From Hyphomicrobiales bacterium (GTDB lineage Bacteria > Pseudomonadota > Alphaproteobacteria > Rhizobiales > JAJFHC01): 64,000 nt of DNA. A model generated the notes under the pieces. It made no database searches and was not told the DNA's origin. It saw only the letters and a list, made by a program, of their open reading frames with translations. Position numbers and translations under genes: made by a program. The stretch's first letter is position 1; each line of letters opens with the position of its first letter. This document shows, piece after piece, positions 32,992-43,645 of this stretch. The stretch covers positions 119,778 through 183,777 of the forward strand of contig CBDAQD010000001.1 of assembly GCA_965198845.1 (NCBI GenBank). The letters run 5' to 3'.

Positions 32992-33010
32992 CTGCAATTT
33001 GCAGTATAAT
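32992..33010 (+). promoter_or_regulatory. Palindromic operator (CTGCAATTTGCAG) abutting a TATAAT -10 box, 35 nt upstream of the deaminase-fusion ORF
   Basis: Perfect 13-bp palindrome at 32992-33004 immediately followed by TATAAT (33005-33010). The ATG is at 33045. Two direct copies of GTTAACGAATC (32929-39, 32952-62) lie just upstream. Confidence 0.5.
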
Positions 33011-33044
33011 GAATTAGAATTGTGTAAATTTTGGGCCCCGCTAA

Positions 33045-34628
33045 ATGAATTTAAACGAGCAAAGTTCACGACCAGAATTGTTGATCGGACTTGTAGGTCC
33101 CATTGGCGTGGACATGGATACAGTGACTGAATGCTTGAAGGAAGAACTTGGTAAGGTTCGTTACAAATCAGAAGTGATACACGTCACTACGATAATGCGT
33201 GCAATTGAAAATGCGGAATCAGTTGATGAGAACGATTATGCCGCCAAATATCATTCTCTAATCGACCTCGCGGATGAATTTCGAAAAAGATGTAAGGACA
33301 ACTCAGCCCTAGCTGGCCTCGCTATGACAGAAATACGCAGTCGACGAGAGGCCCTTACATCCGAACTGAGAACCAAATTCGACGCCAAAGACGATGATGT
33401 TATTCCATCAGAGTCTACCGCCTACATTATCAGGCAATTTAAGCGACCTGAAGAAATCAAACTTATGAGAACTACGTATGGAAGAAAATTCATTCAGTTT
33501 TCTGTTTATTCCAGCCGAAGAGAGCGAATTGAGCGGATAACAGGAAAAATTCAAAAAAACAGCAGACGCGCCTTAGAGCGATCAGATTGTGAATCTGAAG
33601 CCACAAATCTGGTACAAAAGGATTTTAATGAAAAGAATAATGAATTTGGCCAACGAATAAGTGATGTATTTCACACTGGTGATGTGTTTGTTTACGGGAA
33701 CGATAAGAAAGATATCTCTCATACAGTTTCGAGATTCATCAGAGCATTCTTTGGTGACAATTCAATTTCGCCAAATCGAGATGAATACGGCCTTTACACC
33801 GCTGCGGCATCGTCTCTGAGGTCTGCCGACCTTTCCCGACAGGTTGGAGCGGCGATTTTTTCAGACGCAGGCGAAATTATCTCGATGGGTAGCAACGAGG
33901 TGCCGAAGTCCGGCGGTGGAACTTACTGGCACGGAGATGAAAATCTTCACAGAGATGTCGATGAGGGTCACGACCCAAATCACAAGAGGAAGACTGAGAT
34001 CCTATTTGATTTTATATCTCAATTGGCAAAGCTGAAGCGCTTGGAAGGAGTTGGAGACACAGAAGCCGAGATCGATAATTTTGCGGAGGAATTACTGAAA
34101 GAAGACCCAATTAAGAATTCACTGCTTATGGACATAATCGAATTTGGACGTATGACACATGCGGAAATGTCCGCGATCATGGATGCAGCGCGAACAGGTC
34201 GATCTACAAAAAACGCAACTCTATTTTGCACGACTTTTCCCTGTCACATGTGCGCGAAACACATAGTAGGTGCTGGCATAAAGCGTGTCGTTTTTTTGGA
34301 GCCATATCCCAAGAGTTATGCCGACGACCTCCATCGGGATTCCATTACATTCGAAGATCGATCGCCTGAGAAGGTTCTCTTCGAACCATTCATTGGAATT
34401 TCGCCAAGGCGGTACCGCGACATATTTGAGAAAGGCAGAAGAAAGGACAGTGAGGGGAACTTAGTTGAGTGGTATGAAGGCGAACCACTTCCTAGAATTG
34501 AAGATAGAAGCGCTGCATACCTGTCCAACGAGCAACCGGCAATTGCATCCAGCCTAGGCGACATTTTCGAGGAGCTTCAGGCTCAAGTATCCCCTAAGCC
34601 CACTCGTGACTCTGATCAACCGAATTAG
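33045..34628 (+). CDS. Kinase-like N-terminal domain fused to a dCMP/cytidine-deaminase-fold domain (candidate nucleotide-depleting anti-phage deaminase)
   Basis: 527 aa. The C-terminus carries the CDA zinc motifs (THAEMSAIMDAAR ... FCTTFPCHMCAKHIVGAGIKRVVFLEPYP), close to the dCMP deaminase and ComEB consensus HAE..PCxxCA..AGI. The N-terminus LIGLVGPIGVDMDTV resembles a degenerate dephospho-CoA-kinase/dNMP-kinase P-loop (IGLTGGIGSGKSTV). The gene sits in a low-GC cassette. Confidence 0.75.
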   Translation: MNLNEQSSRPELLIGLVGPIGVDMDTVTECLKEELGKVRYKSEVIHVTTIMRAIENAESVDENDYAAKYHSLIDLADEFRKRCKDNSALAGLAMTEIRSRREALTSELRTKFDAKDDDVIPSESTAYIIRQFKRPEEIKLMRTTYGRKFIQFSVYSSRRERIERITGKIQKNSRRALERSDCESEATNLVQKDFNEKNNEFGQRISDVFHTGDVFVYGNDKKDISHTVSRFIRAFFGDNSISPNRDEYGLYTAAASSLRSADLSRQVGAAIFSDAGEIISMGSNEVPKSGGGTYWHGDENLHRDVDEGHDPNHKRKTEILFDFISQLAKLKRLEGVGDTEAEIDNFAEELLKEDPIKNSLLMDIIEFGRMTHAEMSAIMDAARTGRSTKNATLFCTTFPCHMCAKHIVGAGIKRVVFLEPYPKSYADDLHRDSITFEDRSPEKVLFEPFIGISPRRYRDIFEKGRRKDSEGNLVEWYEGEPLPRIEDRSAAYLSNEQPAIASSLGDIFEELQAQVSPKPTRDSDQPN

Positions 34629-34652
34629 AATCTTCCCGCGATCACGCCACGA

Positions 34653-35399
34653 TCACTTCGCGTCGTGGAAGATGATGCCGAGGGTGTGGCGGCGGCCGGA
34701 TCGCAATCGGCTCACGCCGTGGCGCATGTTGACCCGGTATATGCCGCGTTTTCCTTCGACCGGCCGGTGGTGGACCGGGAAGATCGCCGCATCGCCGCGT
34801 GTGAGCGGCACGACCTCCGCACGCGACTGCATGCGCGGACGCTGCTCGGTCAGCACGAATTCGCCGCCGGTGAAGTCTTTGCCCGGATCCGACAGCAGCA
34901 CCGCAACCTGGAGCGGAAAGACAAGCTCACCGTAGACATCCTGGTGAAGACAGTTGTAGTCGCCCTCGCCATACTGCAGCAGCAGGGGCGTCGGCCGTGT
35001 CTGGCCGGCGTCGTGACAGCGCCCGAGATAGACCTCGAGCGTCTCCGGATAACGCGTCTCCAGTTTCATCGCTTCGTTCCACCGGTTGGCGATGCGGGCG
35101 AGGGGAGGGTAGAGCGTCTCGCGCAATTCGGCGACGACCTCCGGCAGCGGATAGGCGAAGTACTTGTACTCGCCGCGGCCGAATCCGTGCCGGCTCATAT
35201 GGATATGGCTGCGGAACGGCGCCTCTTCCGGATAGAGGCCGGCGACCGCCCGGCACTGTGCCGCAGGCAGCAGCTTTTCTATCAAAGCAAAGCCGGAATC
35301 TTTCAGTTCGCCTTCGATGGCCGTCCAATCTGTCGCATGCATGGCTTTTTCCGCGCAAAGTCGCCGTGAGTCCCTTGACTTCATATTGGGGCTCCACAT
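34653..35399 (-). CDS. 2OG-Fe(II) oxygenase superfamily protein (prolyl-4-hydroxylase-like)
   Basis: HxD...H iron triad candidates (LHQDVYGE ... MRHGVSRL) and a P4Hc-like fold. Start uncertain, with an alternative Met at MHATDW. Confidence 0.7.
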   Translation of the reverse strand: MWSPNMKSRDSRRLCAEKAMHATDWTAIEGELKDSGFALIEKLLPAAQCRAVAGLYPEEAPFRSHIHMSRHGFGRGEYKYFAYPLPEVVAELRETLYPPLARIANRWNEAMKLETRYPETLEVYLGRCHDAGQTRPTPLLLQYGEGDYNCLHQDVYGELVFPLQVAVLLSDPGKDFTGGEFVLTEQRPRMQSRAEVVPLTRGDAAIFPVHHRPVEGKRGIYRVNMRHGVSRLRSGRRHTLGIIFHDAK

Positions 35400-35550
35400 A
35401 TACCCGCCACCCGTTTCCTGCGCCCGTTGCGGCTCGCGGTCCGTGGTGAGGGATTTCAGGCGGAAAAATTAACCGTCGCGGCACGATTTTGGATGCATTC
35501 GTCTGCGCCGGGAGTAAGGTTTATAGAGACATAAAAACAGGACCAAAACC

Positions 35551-35742
35551 ATGTCCTATTATGCTGCAGCTCTGGATCGGGCGATCGAAGTGTTCGGCAC
35601 CCGTGACAGGGCTGAAGAATGGCTCGAAAAAATGAGCAGCGATCTAGGGTCGGCGCCGAAGAAACTTCTGGATACCAAAGACGGCTTTGAGCGGGTGTTG
35701 CGGCATCTGCACTCGGTCGATATTGCGCTCAATCTGCACTGA
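35551..35742 (+). CDS. ParS/MbcA-like antitoxin domain protein (DUF2384), apparently orphan
   Basis: 63 aa whose C-terminus WLEKMSSDLGSAPKKLLDTKDGFERVLRHLHSVDIAL matches the DUF2384 toxin-binding domain consensus of RES-Xre antitoxins (WL..P...LGG..PLDLL.T..G...V...L..IE.G). No RES-domain gene follows. The 3' end overlaps the convergent acyltransferase gene. Confidence 0.55.
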   Translation: MSYYAAALDRAIEVFGTRDRAEEWLEKMSSDLGSAPKKLLDTKDGFERVLRHLHSVDIALNLH

Positions 35743-37207
35743 GCGGCTGCTCCGCCTGACCTGTCGCTGACGCTGCGCGCGGCTGCGCAACGGCAACGCG
35801 CGGTTTGAGCAGGTGGGCGATCGAATTGGCGTAAAACGCGAGCAGGCCGGCGTCGTCGCGGTTTGCCCGATAGGCTGCTCCATCCGCAACCACCAGCCTC
35901 CGCATGGTCAGCATGCGCAAACCCACCTCGATTCCATATTCCAGGTCAGCCCGCGGCACGTGGACGTGGGCTCCGTTGGCTTTGAGACGCGTGACCAGAT
36001 CGAGCACGCGCGCTTTCAGTTCCAACGCGGTGAAGGACCGGTCCGGATCAGCCATGAAGACCGTCGCCACCATGGAAACCGGCAGGGCAGGGACGATGGC
36101 CGCCACCGCCGCCATGAGCCTGTGGCCGAGCTGCTCGATCTCTGCGTTGCGCTTGACGTCGCCGGCCGTCCGGAAGTCGACGTTGCGGGCGGCAAGATAG
36201 CGCCGCAGGGAAACCGGCTCGCCGAAGCTGACGCAGGCATAGCCGTTCCGGTACCAGCGTCCGCGCAGCGCAAGGCCGATATTGCGCAGGACGAATTGCA
36301 GCACGGCCAGCGGCGAGAAATGGAATTCCGCCTTGCCGTCGTTCGTGGTGGCGGTCGTCAGCACCCGGTCCTCAAGAATGCGGTCGTAGTTGAGCGCAAC
36401 GGGAATGAACACCACGTCCCGCGCGCCGTCGGGATCGAAGCCCGAAACCATGTAACTGAGCAGACCAAACTTCGGCACTCTTATACGGCCGTCGCGGCTC
36501 AGGCCACCTTCCGGAAACACAGCCTGGGTTACGCCGGAGCGGGTCGCCATGTGCACATAGCGGGACAGTACCTTGCGGTAGAGCGGATCTCTGGAATTGC
36601 GGCGGATGAAGTAGGCGCCCATGGACGCGATCAGGCGGCGCAGCCCCCAGATCCGGGCCCATTCGCCAACGGCATAGCTGAGCGCGGACGACGCTGCCGC
36701 CAGATAGGTGACGAGCACATAGTCCATGTTGGAGCGGTGGTTGATGACGAAGACCACGGCTGAGTCGGGTGCCACCTTGCTCAGCGATTCCTCATTCAGA
36801 TACCCCAGACGCACCCGGTAAAGCAGCGTCGAGAGCCAGCGAGCGCCACGCGTGCCGATCCGGAAATACGCATAGGCGCTGAAGGACGGCACGATCTCGC
36901 GGGCATACCGGCGCGCGCGCTCCATGGCGACGTCGCGTGGAACGCCCGCCTCGTTGGCATGTCTTTCGACCGCGTGCAGCACCTCATGGTCATGGAGGAC
37001 CTGGTCGATGAGAACCTGGCGGCGGGTCAGCTTGAACGGCTGGATATGCAGATGAAGCCGAGCGTTCAGTTCTTCGATCGCCCGGTTGGCGCGGCGGCGC
37101 AATGCCCAGCGCACGCTCGGAATGAGCAGCCGGTCGAGCAACGCCCACATGGCGAGGACCGCTGCCAGCACGACCACCCACATCGGTAGCGTGACAGTTG
37201 TGAACAT
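35729..37207 (-). CDS. Glycerol-3-phosphate/lysophospholipid acyltransferase family protein (PlsB-like)
   Basis: 492 aa with an N-terminal TM segment, the HX4D motif (VINHRSNMDYVL) and the acyltransferase blocks FPEGGLSRDG. Confidence 0.8.
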   Translation of the reverse strand: MFTTVTLPMWVVVLAAVLAMWALLDRLLIPSVRWALRRRANRAIEELNARLHLHIQPFKLTRRQVLIDQVLHDHEVLHAVERHANEAGVPRDVAMERARRYAREIVPSFSAYAYFRIGTRGARWLSTLLYRVRLGYLNEESLSKVAPDSAVVFVINHRSNMDYVLVTYLAAASSALSYAVGEWARIWGLRRLIASMGAYFIRRNSRDPLYRKVLSRYVHMATRSGVTQAVFPEGGLSRDGRIRVPKFGLLSYMVSGFDPDGARDVVFIPVALNYDRILEDRVLTTATTNDGKAEFHFSPLAVLQFVLRNIGLALRGRWYRNGYACVSFGEPVSLRRYLAARNVDFRTAGDVKRNAEIEQLGHRLMAAVAAIVPALPVSMVATVFMADPDRSFTALELKARVLDLVTRLKANGAHVHVPRADLEYGIEVGLRMLTMRRLVVADGAAYRANRDDAGLLAFYANSIAHLLKPRVAVAQPRAASATGQAEQPLSAD

Positions 37208-37249
37208 CCGCTGCTCCCTTCACCGCGAGAGTGCAGTGCCGGACGCGGG

Positions 37250-40081
37250 TCAGGCAAGATCCTTTCGCTGAGCAGCCTTAAGCCGGTAAATCAGGTCAAG
37301 CGCCTCCCGCGGCGTCAGATCATCCGGCAGGATTTCGTCCAGCGCCTCATCTAAGGCGCTTCTGCCAGGCGCGCGCGGTGCCGCCGCCCCCTGAGGCCGG
37401 GCGGCTGTGAACAGGGGCAGGTCGTCGACCAGGTCCGCCTTGGGACTGTTCTGCTCGCCGCGCTCCAGAGCGGCCAGCACATCGGCCGCCCGGTCGATGA
37501 CGACCGGCGGCAGCCCCGCAAGCTTGGCGACCTGGATACCATAGGAGCGATCCGCCGATCCGGGTGCGACCTCATGCAGGAAGATAACCTCGCCGTCCCA
37601 TTCCTTGACTTTCATCGTGGCGTTGGCGAGCCGGGGCAGGGTCTCGGCAAGTGCGGTCAGTTCATGGAAGTGGGTGGCGAACAGGGCCCGGCACCGATTG
37701 ACCTCGTGCAGATGCTCGACGCAGGCCCAGGCAATCGACAGACCGTCGAAAGTTGCGGTGCCGCGGCCGATCTCGTCGAGGATGACGAGGGACCGCTCGC
37801 CGGCCTGATTGAGGATGGTGGCGGTCTCGACCATTTCGACCATGAAGGTGGAGCGGCCGCGCGCCAGATCGTCCGCCGCGCCGACCCGGCTGAAGAGCCG
37901 GTCGACCACACCGATATGCGCATCCGCTGCGGGAACGAAGGATCCCATCTGCGCCAGTATCGCAATGAGGGCGTTCTGGCGCAGGAATGTCGACTTACCC
38001 GCCATGTTCGGACCGGTCAGGAGCCAGATCGAGCGGCTTTCGGCCTCGCCGTCGCCTGTCGGCACGGAGAGATCGCAGTCGTTGGGCACGAAACCCGCCT
38101 CGCCGCCGGCGGCAAGTGCCGCTTCGACAACCGGATGACGGGCTGCCGTGATCCGGAACGCGAGGCTGTCGTCGACCCTGGGTCTGGTCAGGCGCACGCG
38201 CTCGGCAAGATCGCCGAGGGCCGCCGCGACATCGAGCTCGGCCAGAGCGTCGGCAACGGAACCGATGTTCCGGCTGGCCGCATCGACCGCCGCCACGAGC
38301 CGGTCGAAAATCTCCAGCTCGATACCGACGGCACGGTCGGCCGCAGACGAGATGCGCGACTGCAGATCGGCAAGCTCGGCGGTCGTAAACCGCATCGCAT
38401 TGGCCATGGTCTGGCGATGGATGAAGTCTGCGTCATGTGGCGGGTTCATCAGGGTCGCGCCGTGCTGTGCCGAGACCTCGATGAAATAACCCAGCACGTT
38501 GTTGTGCTTCACCTTGAGCGACTTGATGCCCGTCGCTTCCGCATATTGCGCCTGCAGACCGGCGACGATCTTGCGGCTCTCGTCGCGAAGGCGCCTGTTC
38601 TCGTCGAGCGCCTCGTCGTAGCCGGGCCTGACGAAGCCGCCGTCGCGCGCCATCAGCGGCAGCTCATCGTCAAGCGCCACCTCGAGGAGCTGTTCAAGAC
38701 TCTCGTCGGCCGACCCCAGAACCGCGAGCGCCGAGGCGACCTCATCGGGCGGCGGCGCCAGGCCGGCCTTGTCCGTCAGCGCCGGCAATTCGCGGGCGAC
38801 GGAGAGGCCGTCACGCAGCGCCGCCAGATCGCGGGGACCGCCGCGACCGACGGTGAGCCGCGCAAGCGCGCGGGCGAGATCAGGGCACTGGCGCAGGGCT
38901 TCGCGCATCCGCCCCCGGATCTCATAGGCTTCGACGAAGAAGTCGACCGCGTCCAGCCGCCGGTTGATCGCCGTTGGATCGGTCAGCGGCGCGGCGAGGC
39001 GCGCAGCCAGCTTGCGCGCGCCGGATCCGGTGACCGTGCGGTCGACCACCGACAACAGGGAGCCCTTGCGTTCGCCCGAAAGCGTGCGCACGAGTTCCAG
39101 ATTGGTCCGTGTCGCCGGGTCGATCATCATGGCCGTGCCGCGGCGCTCACGCACCGGCGGCGCCAGGACCGGCATCCGCCCGACCTGGGTGACGGCGACA
39201 TAGTCGACCAGGGCACCGCAGGCGGCGATCTCCGGGCGGCTGAAGTCGCCGAAACTGTCGAGGGCGGCCACCTTGAAGACGTCCTTCAGGCGGCGCTCGG
39301 CGGTCTGGCTGTCGAAGCGGCTCGAGGCCAACGGCGTGAGGGCCGTGTCGAAGCCGATCCAGACTTCGCCAAATTCCGGATCCTGATAGAGCGACTCGGG
39401 CAGAATGATCTCGGACGGTTCGAGCCGGGCCAGATCCGTGGCGAGCGCGCGCGGCCCCGTCTCCGTGACCATGAGCGTGCCGGTCGAGATATCGACCCAG
39501 GCGAGCGCCAGAGGCCGATCGTCGCTTTTGACCCGGGACACCGCCGCCAGGAAATTGTGCCCTCGGGTGTCGAGCAGACTGTCTTCGGTGAGCGTTCCGG
39601 GTGTGACGTGGCGGACGATCTCACGGCGCACGACGGCCTTGGCGCCGCGCTTCTTGGCTTCCGCCGGATCTTCGGTCTGCTCGCAGACGGCGACGCGAAA
39701 TCCCTGCTTGATCAGGCGCTCGAGATAATCCTCCGCGGCATGAACCGGAACCCCGCACATGGGAATGTCGTCACCCTGGTGACGGCCGCGCTTGGTCAGC
39801 GTGATACCGAGCGCCTCCGACGCGACGACCGCGTCGTCGAAGAACAACTCGTAGAAGTCGCCCATGCGGTAGAACAGCAGACTGCCGGGATTGGCGTCCT
39901 TGATCTCGTGATACTGCGCCATCATCGGCGTCATGGCGGCGGTCTTGGCCTCTGGCTTTGCCGGCGCCGGCGCATCATCGCGCGGTGAATCGGCGACCGG
40001 TTCCGGAGTGCACGGCGGCGTCTGGGCTGCAGCAGAATTCGACATGGCCGGAACCCTACCAGATGGAGCCCCGGCGCTCAC
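37250..40081 (-). CDS. mutS: DNA mismatch repair protein MutS
   Basis: The conserved N-terminus [34 protein letters not shown] begins at about 39934, preceded by a possible roughly 50-aa extension. Walker [10 protein letters not shown] and the HTH C-terminus are present. Confidence 0.93.
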   Translation of the reverse strand: MSAGAPSGRVPAMSNSAAAQTPPCTPEPVADSPRDDAPAPAKPEAKTAAMTPMMAQYHEIKDANPGSLLFYRMGDFYELFFDDAVVASEALGITLTKRGRHQGDDIPMCGVPVHAAEDYLERLIKQGFRVAVCEQTEDPAEAKKRGAKAVVRREIVRHVTPGTLTEDSLLDTRGHNFLAAVSRVKSDDRPLALAWVDISTGTLMVTETGPRALATDLARLEPSEIILPESLYQDPEFGEVWIGFDTALTPLASSRFDSQTAERRLKDVFKVAALDSFGDFSRPEIAACGALVDYVAVTQVGRMPVLAPPVRERRGTAMMIDPATRTNLELVRTLSGERKGSLLSVVDRTVTGSGARKLAARLAAPLTDPTAINRRLDAVDFFVEAYEIRGRMREALRQCPDLARALARLTVGRGGPRDLAALRDGLSVARELPALTDKAGLAPPPDEVASALAVLGSADESLEQLLEVALDDELPLMARDGGFVRPGYDEALDENRRLRDESRKIVAGLQAQYAEATGIKSLKVKHNNVLGYFIEVSAQHGATLMNPPHDADFIHRQTMANAMRFTTAELADLQSRISSAADRAVGIELEIFDRLVAAVDAASRNIGSVADALAELDVAAALGDLAERVRLTRPRVDDSLAFRITAARHPVVEAALAAGGEAGFVPNDCDLSVPTGDGEAESRSIWLLTGPNMAGKSTFLRQNALIAILAQMGSFVPAADAHIGVVDRLFSRVGAADDLARGRSTFMVEMVETATILNQAGERSLVILDEIGRGTATFDGLSIAWACVEHLHEVNRCRALFATHFHELTALAETLPRLANATMKVKEWDGEVIFLHEVAPGSADRSYGIQVAKLAGLPPVVIDRAADVLAALERGEQNSPKADLVDDLPLFTAARPQGAAAPRAPGRSALDEALDEILPDDLTPREALDLIYRLKAAQRKDLA

Positions 40082-40231
40082 GAGCGGGTCACCAGTTTTC
40101 CCCCGGAAAACCGGGGCCCGAAACGCCGGGCCTTTACACTAATTGCCGATTGTCTTGTGAACGCAATGCGGGGCATCTAAGCTGGCCGACCCCGCAAAAT
40201 CAGCGAACAACAGAAGAAGAATCAATTCGTT

Positions 40232-42511
<2,280 letters not shown>

Positions 42512-42519
42512 ACCGTCCG

Positions 42520-43458
42520 CTAGCTCGGCTGGGCGTCGGGCGCACCAAAATGGGTGAAGTAGCGTTCGTTGATCGCCGACACCGGCAACACGATGAGCAC
42601 GTCGGTGGTGTTGAACTGGTGATCGATCACCGCGCCTTCGCCGAAATAGGCGCCCAGACGCAGATACCCCTTGATCAGTGGCGGCAGGGCGCGCAACGCT
42701 TCGCGGGCGTTTACCTCTTCAGCGGGCAGCCGGTTCATCTCGACATAGAGCTCAGGCAGAGCCCGGACGCGCCACTCGTGCGGCGCGCGATGATGGTGAT
42801 GCAGCATGCTCAATGGGAGCGATAACGCTTCCGGGTCAATGCCTTCGAGGCTTGCGCAGCCGAACATGACATCGAGACCATAGACCCGGACATAGTTCCA
42901 GATTCCCTGCCAGAGCAGCTCGACGGTTGGCTTGGTCCGGTAAGGCGCCAGGACGCACGATCGTCCCAGTTCTAGGAACCGCAGGTCGCTCCGGGCTTCG
43001 ATCAGCGGCGCGATATCGAACTCGTCAGCCGTGTAGAAGCCGCCGTGGATGTCCGCCACCTCCTGGCGGAGTAGCCTGTATGTGCCGACAAGGTTGCCAT
43101 CTTCGAGAACGAGTTCTGGGTCGCTGCTTTCGCCGGTTGTGTGATCGACCACCAGAAGATGATCGCAGATTTCGTCGAAGGCATCGCTGTCGCGCCCGCT
43201 GCGCAGCATCACCTCGTCCGGGCGGGCATCCAGTTCCTCGTAGAACACCTTGTATCTGAGACGCTGTGAGACCTCGACTTCGGCCTTGCTGCCGGCCAGC
43301 CGGACCACCATTGATCCCTTGCGGCCGAGTTCCTCGCCCGGCGCAAATGCAGAAGGAACCCGAGGAGAGACCTCGTCCTTCAACACACTTCCGGTGGTCG
43401 TCGCTCGGGCTGTCACGTGACGAAGATCCCCTGCTTCCGCAACATCCAGGACTTTCAT
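42520..43458 (-). CDS. GNAT-family N-acyltransferase, OlsB-like (ornithine lipid N-acyltransferase candidate)
   Basis: 312 aa. Its size, its position next to the malic enzyme and mutS, and a conserved central block (FDEICDHLLVVDH) resemble OlsB. The assignment is by recalled synteny and family resemblance. Confidence 0.6.
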   Translation of the reverse strand: MKVLDVAEAGDLRHVTARATTTGSVLKDEVSPRVPSAFAPGEELGRKGSMVVRLAGSKAEVEVSQRLRYKVFYEELDARPDEVMLRSGRDSDAFDEICDHLLVVDHTTGESSDPELVLEDGNLVGTYRLLRQEVADIHGGFYTADEFDIAPLIEARSDLRFLELGRSCVLAPYRTKPTVELLWQGIWNYVRVYGLDVMFGCASLEGIDPEALSLPLSMLHHHHRAPHEWRVRALPELYVEMNRLPAEEVNAREALRALPPLIKGYLRLGAYFGEGAVIDHQFNTTDVLIVLPVSAINERYFTHFGAPDAQPS

Positions 43459-43578
43459 GATGCAAGTCTCCCGTTCTGCGAGGCGTTCAGGCCAAGTGCA
43501 GGGAGCGCACGTGAGATGCCCGGTGAAGCCCCATCACCATGTCATAAAGCGCCCGCATATAAAAGTTTGATGACGGAC

Positions 43579-43633
43579 GCGTTTGTCGCACACGACAAAC
43601 GGAAACTAGTTTACGTAAACGTCAATTCAATTG
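43579..43633. promoter_or_regulatory. Three tandem perfect palindromes in the olsB-like upstream / histidine-kinase downstream region
   Basis: CGTTTGTCG-cacA-CGACAAACG (43579-43600), GTTTACGTAAAC (43608-43619) and TCAATTcAATTGA (43621-43633). Confidence 0.45.
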
Positions 43634-43645
43634 ATGCGAGAGAAT

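Noticed and set aside
35813-36763. 316-aa plus-strand ORF downstream of the ParS-like gene, checked as a possible missing RES toxin
   Set aside because: It is the antisense frame of the PlsB-like acyltransferase and has no RES or ADP-ribosyltransferase motifs.
37574-39988. 804-aa plus-strand ORF
   Set aside because: Antisense to mutS.
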